A stretch of 64,000 nucleotides of DNA from Armatimonadota bacterium (GTDB lineage Bacteria; Bacteroidota; Ignavibacteria; OLB7): contig JADZEY010000089.1 in assembly GCA_020850315.1 (NCBI GenBank), forward strand, positions 1,022 to 65,021. The letters are read 5' to 3'. Position 1 is the first letter of the stretch. Each line of letters starts with the position of its first letter. This document shows positions 48,596 to 57,453 of this stretch, one piece after another. The notes beneath the pieces are model-generated. The model saw only the letters and a list, made by a program, of their open reading frames with translations, had not been told where the DNA came from and searched no databases. A program made the position numbers and the translations under genes.

Positions 48596-49696
48596 ATGAA
48601 AGCACTTCTCATTTTCGGCGGGTTTGCCTTGGGGATGTTCCTCGGCTTCTATCCCGGCGGCGTTACCAAGCCGCGCCCCGTGTGGTGGCGCACCGTTGCA
48701 ATGGTTGCCCTTGTGGTGTTGGTTTTTGTTGGGTTCGGCGTGCCAACGGGGGGAACCTTCGGCTCGGCAAAAATGATCACCATGACCAAGGACACGCCGC
48801 CACTGCTTCCGGTGATGGGGAAGGTGGTGCAGGCGCCAACCAACGGCTTGGCCGTGCTCCAAGATTCCGATGGTGATTTAGATACGTTCCGGTTGGCCGG
48901 CACGGGAATGAACCCCTCTGACATCCAGCGTGGCGACCAAGTGATCCTTGATGCCCGCTTCATTCGCGCCGAAAAACTGTTCGAAGCCGAGCGGGTTGCT
49001 TCGGTGAACCCCATCGTCACCGCGCCGCTGATCCCCGGGCTTGAGGAACGCGCCCGCAACCTCTATTTCCATGTCCCCTCGGCTTGGGTGGCGCAAATTG
49101 CGTGGTTTGTGGCGTTCGGTTTTGCGATAGCCTACCTGCGCAAACGAAAAATTGAGCATGACATCATTGCAAGCTCAGCTGCCGCGTTGGGGGGGATTTT
49201 TTGCCTGTTAGCAACCATCACCGGATCGGTGTGGGCGCGTTTTAACTGGGGGACATTTTGGACGTGGGACGATCCCCGGCTTATCTCCATCACGATTGTC
49301 CTGATTGTTTTTGGGGCCTACTTTGCGCTCCGTTCTGCAATCGAGAACCAAGACCAGCGGGCAAGGATTTCCGCAGTCTATATGATTATCCTGGTGCTTC
49401 CGGTGACGTTCTTCATGTTCGTCTATCCCCGGATTGCTGGCGGATTGCACCCCGGTTCAAAAGGGGATGTGAACTCCGGACCGGTGCTGTCGGGCCAAGC
49501 CGATTCAATGAACATTGTGATGCAGGTCATCTACGGCTTAGCAATCTTTGCGTTTATTACTCTCTACTTCTGGATGCTGAACGTTGCTGCCCGAACACGG
49601 CTGTTGGGGATGCGCCGGGAACGCCGCGCCGCCGAAATGGATAACCGAGAGAAACAACCAACATCGGCAATGGGGCCGACGGTGGTTCGTCTGTGA
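48596..49696 (+). CDS. ccmC: Haem exporter protein C with a ~125-aa N-terminal extension or insertion
   Basis: The WWD tryptophan-rich motif (NWGTFWTWDDPRL) and the LYFHVPSAW block align with CcmC. The protein is 366 aa against ~245 aa for canonical CcmC. The extra region has two TM segments and a ~70-aa soluble segment. Confidence 0.78.
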   Translation: MKALLIFGGFALGMFLGFYPGGVTKPRPVWWRTVAMVALVVLVFVGFGVPTGGTFGSAKMITMTKDTPPLLPVMGKVVQAPTNGLAVLQDSDGDLDTFRLAGTGMNPSDIQRGDQVILDARFIRAEKLFEAERVASVNPIVTAPLIPGLEERARNLYFHVPSAWVAQIAWFVAFGFAIAYLRKRKIEHDIIASSAAALGGIFCLLATITGSVWARFNWGTFWTWDDPRLISITIVLIVFGAYFALRSAIENQDQRARISAVYMIILVLPVTFFMFVYPRIAGGLHPGSKGDVNSGPVLSGQADSMNIVMQVIYGLAIFAFITLYFWMLNVAARTRLLGMRRERRAAEMDNREKQPTSAMGPTVVRL

Positions 49697-49746
49697 GCCA
49701 CGGCTTGCTGAAGCGATCAACTTCATACACTGGCCAACCAAGAACC

Positions 49747-49881
49747 ATGCAATTCCTATCCGAACACTCTATCTACGTTGTTCTTATCATCGCGCTATTG
49801 ATCCTGAGCGGGTTGCTGATCTACCTAAACCGGATTGATGCTCGGCTGCGAAAACTTGAACAAGAGGAACCACAACCATGA
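49747..49881 (+). CDS. CcmD-like small single-TM protein
   Basis: It is 44 aa (MQFLSEHSIYVVLIIALLILSGLLIYLNRIDARLRKLEQEEPQP). Its size and position between ccmC and ccmE are typical of CcmD. Its stop overlaps the ccmE start. Confidence 0.45.
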   Translation: MQFLSEHSIYVVLIIALLILSGLLIYLNRIDARLRKLEQEEPQP

Positions 49882-50261
49882 AACCAAAGTATATCATCGG
49901 GGCCGTTATCGCCCTTGCGGTGCTGGTCACAGCGTTTATCGTTGTTGAAAGCCGTGGCGTGGAGTACATGAACTTCCCACGCGCCGCCGAATCAGGAAGC
50001 AAAGTGCAGGTGGCCGGCGTTTGGGTGAAAGAGAAAGGACAGGAGTACAACGCCACCAACAACCTGTTCACGTTCACCATGCAGGATCGCGACGGCAACA
50101 CCATGCCAGTAAAGTTTGAAGGTGCCAAGCCAAATAACTTCGAAATTGCCACCGAAGTGGTCTGCACCGGAAGGGTGGAGAATGGAGAGTTTGTGGCAAC
50201 GAACATCCTAACAAAATGCCCCAGCAAGTACGAAGCAACCTCAAAAGACTTGCAGCTGTAG
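49878..50261 (+). CDS. ccmE: Cytochrome c maturation haem chaperone CcmE, Cys variant (CXXXY instead of HXXXY)
   Basis: It has a TM anchor and an OB-fold that aligns with E. coli CcmE. VQVAGVWV corresponds to VRLGGMVM, and VKFEGAKPNNF to VSYEGILPDLF. The haem-binding position reads ILTKCPSKYE where the canonical sequence is LAKHDENY. Confidence 0.68.
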   Translation: MKPKYIIGAVIALAVLVTAFIVVESRGVEYMNFPRAAESGSKVQVAGVWVKEKGQEYNATNNLFTFTMQDRDGNTMPVKFEGAKPNNFEIATEVVCTGRVENGEFVATNILTKCPSKYEATSKDLQL

Positions 50262-50316
50262 CCACGCATCAGCCACGCTGCACTCTCCCGCTTTCCCAGA
50301 ACTAACCCTTTCCTCA

Positions 50317-50673
50317 ATGCAACGCAGAATCCTTTTCATCTCCTTCTTTCTGTTGCTCGCAGCCGGCGTTGTGATCTACGGAGTGATGAACGTTGATGTG
50401 CCGCAAATGACCTTTGCCGAAGCGGTGAAGGTCAACGATGAATCCAAAAAAGTGATTCTGGTGGGGAAAGGAATCAACCGCCCCGCCACCGAGGATGGCG
50501 CAGTGGTCTTTTACGTGACCGATATGGACGGCACCGAAGTGAAAGTGAGCTACGATGGCGAAGCCTTCGACCACGAACGGCTGAACCACGCCTTGCAAAA
50601 GGGAGAGGTGGTGCACGTTGCCGGCCACGCCCACTCGGATCATTTCCACGGCAAAGAACTCTTCTTTAAGTGA
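50317..50673 (+). CDS. Second CcmE-like OB-fold protein with a His-rich C-terminus
   Basis: It has a TM anchor. VKVSYDGEAFDHERL...KGEVVHVAGHAHSDHFHGKELFFK aligns with the CcmE core (VDVSYEGILPDLF...GQGVVVQGEL). The C-terminus is His-rich and lacks the conserved Tyr. Confidence 0.5.
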   Translation: MQRRILFISFFLLLAAGVVIYGVMNVDVPQMTFAEAVKVNDESKKVILVGKGINRPATEDGAVVFYVTDMDGTEVKVSYDGEAFDHERLNHALQKGEVVHVAGHAHSDHFHGKELFFK

Positions 50674-50697
50674 CCCCCCACACAGCAGCTTACACCA

Positions 50698-53121
50698 ATG
50701 AATGATACAGCAGTTTTTAACGGAACACTTGGCACGATTGCCATCTGCTTTGCGCTTGCCACCGCCGCAATCGCAATGGTTGCCTATGGGCTGATGTGGA
50801 AAAACGGAGAGGAGCGATTTGGGAAGATTGGCCGCGTTGGCTTCCATGCTTCGGTGCTCAGCTTCATGTTCGCATCGGCCACGCTGATGTTCTTGATTTT
50901 CACCCACCAGTTCCAGTACACCTACGTCTGGCAGCATTCCTCCACCTTCCTTTCTCGCCCGTTGCTGATGGCCTCCTTCTATGCCGGGCAGGAGGGGAGC
51001 TTCATGCTCTGGACGTTGCTGACCTGCATCGTTGCAGTGTTTGTGATGGGATATGCCCAGCGGGTGAACTACGAAGCCCCAGTGATGACCATCTACACAC
51101 TGGTGCTGGTCTGTTTGCTGATGATTCTGGTGGTGCAATCTCCCTTCGAGACGCTGCAAGCATCGTTCCCGGGCGAGGTGCCGGCAGGCTACATTCCCCC
51201 CACCGGAAAAGGGATGAACCCGCAGCTGGAAAATCTGTGGATCACCATCCATCCCCCAATTCTTTTCATGGGCTTTGCCGCAATGTCCGTTCCGTTTGTG
51301 TTTGCCATTGCTGGGCTGTTCCGCAAGGATTACCAGCGTTGGATCACCGTCTCGCTCCCCTGGACGCTGTTTGCCTCCATGGTGCTGGGATTCGGAATTA
51401 TGCTTGGCGGTTGGTGGGCCTACGAGACGCTTGGTTGGGGCGGTTTTTGGGCGTGGGACCCGGTGGAAAATTCATCACTGATTCCGTGGCTGGTCTGTGT
51501 GGCACTGGTCCATACCATGCTGGTGCAGAAACGAACCGGAACCATGAACGGCCCTAATGGCAAGCCAATGGCAGGGGGGCTTGTTCGCACCAATTTTGTG
51601 CTGGCAATTTTTGCCTATGCACTTATTCTTTACTCCACGTTCCTTACCCGCTCCGGCGTTCTTGGCGATACCTCAGTCCACAGTTTTGTTGCGCCGGGAA
51701 TGTTCGTGTACGCAGTGCTGTTGGGGATTATTTTTCTATTTCTTGGGATTGGCATTGTTGCCCTCTCAATTCGTTGGCGGCAGCTAACGAACATCGCTGG
51801 CGAGATGAAACTGATGTCGCGCGAGAACGGTTTGGCACTGGGTTCGGCGGTGTTGGTGGGGTGTTCCATCGTTACTTTAATCGGGACAAGTTGGCCCATT
51901 ATTCGCCCCATTTTTGGTTTAGCAAAAAAACCGTTCGAAACCGGCGATTTTAATATGCTGATGCTCCCATTCGGTTTTGTGATTGTGTTCTTGAATGCCT
52001 TAACCATGGGGCTGAAGTGGAAAAACACCTCCAAAGAATCGTTTGTAAAAGCGTTATCATTATCAACAATTATTGCCGCTGTTGGAACGTTCGGGCTGAT
52101 ACTGTTAGGAATCCATGACCCAATCTACATTGCGCTCGGCTTTGGGGCAATGCTGGCATTAACCATCAACATTGAAATGGGGTGGAAAATCCTTCGCGGA
52201 AATAAAAGCTTTGTTGGCGCGTATGTTTCCCATGCTGGCGTTGCGTTGATGATGCTTGGCATTGTCTTCACCGCCCGCTACTCCGTCACCCAGCACGTCC
52301 GTTTGCCGGAAGGGGAGACCAAAGAAGCGTTCGGCTACAAGATGACCTACAAGGGGCAAGAACAGATTGAGTTAGACAAAACCGATCGCGAAAAATACGC
52401 CCATAAAATTGAGATGGTGAAGGATGGAAGCAGCTACGAAGTACAACCAATTATTTTCTGGAGCGATTTTAATAAACGGCAATCTGCATTTCTTGAGCCG
52501 GGGATATTGTACTATCCAACAAAAGACATCTACGTCTCCCCAAAAGCCATTGAAGACGATGGCGGAAATCCAACAATCGCCATGCACAAAGGGGACAAAA
52601 TTCCCCTCCCGTTTGATTCCAGCATCGCCCTCCGTTTTGTGAAATTTGAAATGGCCAACGCAGCCCAAGATGGGAAGCAATCGGCTGTTGTTGAAGTAAC
52701 CACAAAGGATAGCACATTTTCCCTGATCGCTTCACGCGTTTTGGAAGGCGGTCGCTATCTGCCGGTATTGATCCCCTCCACCGACATCTCCATCGGGTTC
52801 GGCGATCTGCGTGCCGATCGGGAAAACTTGGCAAACTCCGAAGCTGTTTTTGTCTTCAGTTCGCCATCGCATCCGCCGCCACCATCCAAGCGGGTGATTA
52901 CGGTTGATGTTTCCGTAAAACCGTTTATTTCGTTCGTTTGGGCGGGAGTGATTATCATGGTGGGGGGATTTTTCTTCTCAATTATCCGCCGCTGGAAAGA
53001 TGTGTTCCGGGGGATAAGCCCTTCAGTGCCTTCACCCCTTCAGCAGCCGCAAACCTTGTTGGCCAGTGGTGAACAATTAAGCAGCGCACGCCCGAAAGAA
53101 ATTAATGTGGGAGAAGTTTAG
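50698..53121 (+). CDS. ccmF: Cytochrome c-type biogenesis protein CcmF (haem lyase subunit)
   Basis: It has the WWD motif (WGGFWAWDPVENSSLIPWL), many TM helices and the conserved CcmF N-terminus (MNDTAVFNGTLG...). The protein is 807 aa. Confidence 0.85.
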   Translation: MNDTAVFNGTLGTIAICFALATAAIAMVAYGLMWKNGEERFGKIGRVGFHASVLSFMFASATLMFLIFTHQFQYTYVWQHSSTFLSRPLLMASFYAGQEGSFMLWTLLTCIVAVFVMGYAQRVNYEAPVMTIYTLVLVCLLMILVVQSPFETLQASFPGEVPAGYIPPTGKGMNPQLENLWITIHPPILFMGFAAMSVPFVFAIAGLFRKDYQRWITVSLPWTLFASMVLGFGIMLGGWWAYETLGWGGFWAWDPVENSSLIPWLVCVALVHTMLVQKRTGTMNGPNGKPMAGGLVRTNFVLAIFAYALILYSTFLTRSGVLGDTSVHSFVAPGMFVYAVLLGIIFLFLGIGIVALSIRWRQLTNIAGEMKLMSRENGLALGSAVLVGCSIVTLIGTSWPIIRPIFGLAKKPFETGDFNMLMLPFGFVIVFLNALTMGLKWKNTSKESFVKALSLSTIIAAVGTFGLILLGIHDPIYIALGFGAMLALTINIEMGWKILRGNKSFVGAYVSHAGVALMMLGIVFTARYSVTQHVRLPEGETKEAFGYKMTYKGQEQIELDKTDREKYAHKIEMVKDGSSYEVQPIIFWSDFNKRQSAFLEPGILYYPTKDIYVSPKAIEDDGGNPTIAMHKGDKIPLPFDSSIALRFVKFEMANAAQDGKQSAVVEVTTKDSTFSLIASRVLEGGRYLPVLIPSTDISIGFGDLRADRENLANSEAVFVFSSPSHPPPPSKRVITVDVSVKPFISFVWAGVIIMVGGFFFSIIRRWKDVFRGISPSVPSPLQQPQTLLASGEQLSSARPKEINVGEV

Positions 53122-53123
53122 AG

Positions 53124-53660
53124 ATGCCGAAAACAAAGCAACCAGCGATTCCTGAAGCTGTGCAATCGAAAGAATTGCACGAAGAGGATCGCATCCTTTC
53201 CAACGAGCAAAAACAGCAGGCGATTGCAACATTCACCAAATTCCTGACCCAGGAACATTACCGCTCAACCGAGGAGCGATTTAAGGTGTTGGAGATGGTG
53301 CTGCACCGCGTTGGGCACGGGCATTTTAATGCCGATGAGTTGTACGCAAATATGGTGATGAGTAAAATTCGCATCAGCCGCGCAACCGTCTATTCAACGC
53401 TGGAGTTGCTGGAAAAAGCTGGGATTATTATCAAGCATAATTTCAGAACTGATAGAAGCTATTATGAGGTCGGATTTGATGAACCACATCACGATCACTT
53501 GATCTGTGTGAAATGCGGGCATATCTCGGAATTTGTGAACCCGCAACTTCTTAGCATTCGCAAGCAAGTTGCCGACATGGCAGGGTTGAAGGTTGTGGAT
53601 CACTCCTTCCAGATATTTGCCGAGTGTCCCGAGCCAGGAAAATGCCCGCATAATCAATAA
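53124..53660 (+). CDS. fur: Fur-family metal or haem-responsive transcriptional regulator
   Basis: It has the Fur winged-helix region (RATVYSTLELLEKAGII), the HHDHLIC metal-site motif and CxxC...C in the C-terminal domain. It starts 2 bp after the ccmF stop. Confidence 0.78.
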   Translation: MPKTKQPAIPEAVQSKELHEEDRILSNEQKQQAIATFTKFLTQEHYRSTEERFKVLEMVLHRVGHGHFNADELYANMVMSKIRISRATVYSTLELLEKAGIIIKHNFRTDRSYYEVGFDEPHHDHLICVKCGHISEFVNPQLLSIRKQVADMAGLKVVDHSFQIFAECPEPGKCPHNQ

Positions 53661-53687
53661 ATCACCCATTATCCTGACCACCGACCT

Positions 53688-54329
53688 ATGTTTAGTAAAC
53701 ACGTTTGGTACGACCGCCGCCACCAAGCTGAAGTATTTATTTCGGATGATGGGCAGATCAGTGGTGCAATTATTGCCTACAAAGGGGCCGTGTTTGTGGT
53801 GAATCCACGCCCAGAAATCATGACCGCGCTCTATCAAGAAGGAAAAATTAAACGGATACTTTCATTGAAAGGGGTGGTGCTTACCGATACCACAATGGAA
53901 TATACCCGTGGTGTCTGCTCGCTTGTTAGCTACTCGCGTGCGTTGCGGCGGAAATCACCCTTTGCCATTATCACCCGCGATAATACCGCAATCACGTCGG
54001 GATTTCTTGCCTCCTGCTGTACACAATTAGTTCCCGATGGTAGTTTCCAGGTGCAATTAACGGCATTACCGCAGCGGGAATCGTTTGTGCTGGGAGAAGG
54101 GTTAATCCGATATGAGCCGCAAGAAACTACGGAGTCCAGCGGCGGCAGCCCCTGCCTTGTGGTGGAAACCCGCGAACGCCGCATCCATTTCTACGATGAA
54201 ACCCACGTGGGGTCTTTTAATTCTAGCGAATTACCCTTGCTGCAACAGCCCCACGTTGTTATTCGCGCTGCCAACATCATGAAATCATTCCAGCCAATTG
54301 AGCAGCGGGTGTTGCAGGTGGCACGGTGA
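53688..54329 (+). CDS. Hypothetical protein, possibly a degenerate metallo-beta-lactamase-like fold
   Basis: It is 213 aa. LKGVVLTDTTMEYTRGV resembles an MBL motif-2 region with the His residues replaced. I am not confident of the family assignment. Confidence 0.4.
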   Translation: MFSKHVWYDRRHQAEVFISDDGQISGAIIAYKGAVFVVNPRPEIMTALYQEGKIKRILSLKGVVLTDTTMEYTRGVCSLVSYSRALRRKSPFAIITRDNTAITSGFLASCCTQLVPDGSFQVQLTALPQRESFVLGEGLIRYEPQETTESSGGSPCLVVETRERRIHFYDETHVGSFNSSELPLLQQPHVVIRAANIMKSFQPIEQRVLQVAR

Positions 54330-54483
54330 TAGGGGAGAGAAGGGAGATCAGGAACAGCAGGATTCGGAGCAGAGGCGATGAATCCCGTCCCTGGGATCGC
54401 CGAGCGTCTGCTCGGCTACCGAACACTCGGAATTTCTGAGAAAAATTCGGCGGAGAACCAAATTCTTTCTTTCCCATTCGACA

Positions 54484-57405
54484 TTACAAATACGCTTCCA
54501 ACTCCGACTCACTCTCCACCAACACTGCCCGGGCTTTCGAGCCATCGAACGGGCCGACAATTCCGGCCATTTCAAGCTCATCCACAAGCCGTGCTGCGCG
54601 GCTGTAGCCCACTTTCAATCGCCGCTGAATAAGCGAGACCGACCCTTGTTGATGCCGCACAATCAGCCGCGCGGCTTCCTCGAACAAGTCATCCCGCTCA
54701 TCGCCACCACCGCCACCGCTTTTGCTTTTTTTCTCCATCACCGACGGCAGCAGATACGGCTTTGAGTACCCTTTCTGGTTTCCGATGTGATCGCACAGTG
54801 CTTCCACTTCTTCGGTGGAGATAAACGCGTTTTGCAATCGGACTGGCTTCGGCATTCCGCCGGGCAGATAGAGCATATCACCATTTCCCAGCAGCTGCTC
54901 GGCTCCGTTCATATCAAGGATTGTGCGGCTATCAATTTTTGTGGCCACTTGGTAGGCGATGCGCGCCGGGAAGTTGGCTTTAATCGTTCCAGTAATCACG
55001 TTCACCGAGGGGCGCTGCGTTGCTACAATCATGTGGATGCCGATTGCGCGGGCAAGCTGCGCAAGCCGTGCTATCGGTTCTTCCACTTCACCGGCGGCTG
55101 TTATCATCAGGTCGGCAAGCTCGTCAACAATCACCACAATGTAGGGGAGCTTCACGTGGTTGAAGCTGGTATCATTGCTGTAATGTCCTTCGTCAACTTT
55201 CCGGTTGTAGTCCAGGAGATTCCGCTGCCGCCCTTTTGCCAGAATGTCATATCGCCGATCCATCTCCATCTCCAATGCCTTCAGTAAAATCACCGCGTTT
55301 TGCGGATTGGTGACGATATCCTCGTCAATATCGGGCGAGGTTGCAAGGAAGTGATCTTTCAGTGCGCGATACTGAGTAAGCTCAATTTTCTTGGGGTCAA
55401 TAATCGCAAACTTCAGATCGGCGGGGTGCATCTTGTACAGAAGCGAAGCAAGAATGGCGTTGATCCCAACCGATTTACCGGAACCGGTCGCGCCAGCAAT
55501 TAGCAAGTGGGGCATTTTCGCAAGGTCATCGCAGAAGACCTCACCAACCGTGGTTTTTCCCAACGCCAGCGGCAACCGGAAATCGGCTTCGCGGAATTTT
55601 GCGGTGTTCAGCACCGCACGGATTCGGACCATTGCCGGCTTGTGGTTCGGAATCTCCACGCCAACAGTTCCTTTCCCGGGAATCGGCGCGATGATTCGGA
55701 TCCCACGCGCCTTCAGTGCCAGCGCGATGTCGTCGGCCAGCGACTCAATCTGGGCAATTTTGATCCCTGCCGCCGGGACGAACTCATACAAGGTGACAAC
55801 CGGCCCCGGGGTCACTGTCAGATTCTCAATCTGGATGTTGAACGTCCCCAATTTCTCCTGAAGAATGCGGGCGTTCTCTTTCAGCTCTTCATCGTTCACA
55901 TCGGCTTGATCCGATTGCGGGGTTAGAAGCTCCACCGGTGGGGGCTGGTAATCAATTTGTTCGTCGGAACTATCCTCCAGCAAATCGCCATCGTCGTCGG
56001 TCTCCTTGTCGGCTGGAATTTCAATCTCCTGCACGTTCACCCGTAGCCGTGCTGGCTGCACTGCGGGCTTGCTGGCGGTTGCTGGTATTGGATCAGTCTC
56101 TGCAGAAAGAGCAGTTGGAATGTGAGCTAACTCAACGTTGCTGGTGTTTGGCGGCGGAAGCACTGGCGCATATCCGTTTGGTTCCCCTTCTTCTTTCACA
56201 ACATGGGTGCGTTCCAGCTGAACCGCTGGGTCAATCGGGGCACGGTTTGTTGCCGGGGGGGCGATGCTCCGCTCGGCTGCCGCCGCATCTCTCACGTCAC
56301 GCGGCTGGCTGCCATCGTGCTCCCCACCAGTTGCAGCCGGGGAAGGGGGGGGGGGAACTTGCAGCGATGAAGTTGTTGACGTGGTTGGCCGTGCGATGCG
56401 TGGCTCGGGGAAGGGGATGGTGGAGGTCCGAACACCGCGTGGCGGGGCGGCAACCGATTCCGCTGGATCGGGGGCAACGGACATCCGCCGCACCATCCGG
56501 GCCGGTTCGCCATCAATCCGGTCGCCGCTGGGTGCGGGCTGTGGTGCGCTGGTGTTCTGTGCTGCGGCCACGCTTGGCTGCGATGATTCTTCCCGCGTCA
56601 ACTCCCCCAATTTCATCCCCACCGATTGCCGGGCTTCGGCAGCTTTGCTCATCAAGGCGTTGCTGTAGGCTTTTGCGGTGGCCACCCCTTTGCGAACGTC
56701 AAGATTGAAGGAGATAATCAGCGTGACGGAGACGGCGGCAAGCAGAAACAGTATCGAGCCAGCGGTTCCAATCAGCCCTGAAAGTATGGTCCCCAGGAAC
56801 GCTCCAATCGCTCCGCTCCACTCGTGAGCGGGGTTTGGCATCCAATGGATCAGCTGCATTGTCCCAAAAATTCCGGAAGCAAGCATTGCCAGCAGCAAGA
56901 TTGTTCCCGTCAGGCGGGTTGCGCGGTTGTAGCCTTGCGCACGATAGACGATCAGCCCCCAAAATCCCATCAGCAACGGAAGGACCAACGCTCCATAGCC
57001 GATTGTGCCGTTGATAAGTGCGTTGGAGAGATAGGCACCAATCAATCCCAACCAATTCTGAGTGGTGTCGGCGCGGGCCGCAATGTTCGGGTCGTTGGTG
57101 AACAGCCCCGTAAGCTCACGTGGGCTGATGTCGGTGTTGGCTTGGTCCAACGGCGTGTAGCTGACAAGTGCCAGCAGCAGCAACGTCCCCCCAAGCAGCA
57201 GAAGAATGGCAGTAATCTGCCGCATCCGCTCGTCGGGATCGGGCGCACGTTTTGGTGCAGGGGAAGGCTGCTTCCGCGATTTTGTTGGTTGCCGACGTTG
57301 GGGTGTTGCTGCTGCCGCTGGGTCATTCTGGCCAGCGTCGCCGCGTGGCTCGGCACCGTTACGGACGCGGGTCAGTGTGATTTCTGGGAACGTGTTGTCT
57401 GCCAT
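54484..57405 (-). CDS. ftsK: DNA translocase FtsK
   Basis: It has N-terminal TM helices, a Pro/Ala-rich linker, and the FtsK/SpoIIIE ATPase (LLIAGATGSGKSVGINA) with Walker B and the gamma domain. The protein is 973 aa. Confidence 0.9.
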   Translation of the reverse strand: MADNTFPEITLTRVRNGAEPRGDAGQNDPAAAATPQRRQPTKSRKQPSPAPKRAPDPDERMRQITAILLLLGGTLLLLALVSYTPLDQANTDISPRELTGLFTNDPNIAARADTTQNWLGLIGAYLSNALINGTIGYGALVLPLLMGFWGLIVYRAQGYNRATRLTGTILLLAMLASGIFGTMQLIHWMPNPAHEWSGAIGAFLGTILSGLIGTAGSILFLLAAVSVTLIISFNLDVRKGVATAKAYSNALMSKAAEARQSVGMKLGELTREESSQPSVAAAQNTSAPQPAPSGDRIDGEPARMVRRMSVAPDPAESVAAPPRGVRTSTIPFPEPRIARPTTSTTSSLQVPPPPSPAATGGEHDGSQPRDVRDAAAAERSIAPPATNRAPIDPAVQLERTHVVKEEGEPNGYAPVLPPPNTSNVELAHIPTALSAETDPIPATASKPAVQPARLRVNVQEIEIPADKETDDDGDLLEDSSDEQIDYQPPPVELLTPQSDQADVNDEELKENARILQEKLGTFNIQIENLTVTPGPVVTLYEFVPAAGIKIAQIESLADDIALALKARGIRIIAPIPGKGTVGVEIPNHKPAMVRIRAVLNTAKFREADFRLPLALGKTTVGEVFCDDLAKMPHLLIAGATGSGKSVGINAILASLLYKMHPADLKFAIIDPKKIELTQYRALKDHFLATSPDIDEDIVTNPQNAVILLKALEMEMDRRYDILAKGRQRNLLDYNRKVDEGHYSNDTSFNHVKLPYIVVIVDELADLMITAAGEVEEPIARLAQLARAIGIHMIVATQRPSVNVITGTIKANFPARIAYQVATKIDSRTILDMNGAEQLLGNGDMLYLPGGMPKPVRLQNAFISTEEVEALCDHIGNQKGYSKPYLLPSVMEKKSKSGGGGGDERDDLFEEAARLIVRHQQGSVSLIQRRLKVGYSRAARLVDELEMAGIVGPFDGSKARAVLVESESELEAYL

Positions 57406-57453
57406 AGGTCTTTTTGAGCGTTACGTTGGGGAAAAGCAACAGCAATCTTGTTC

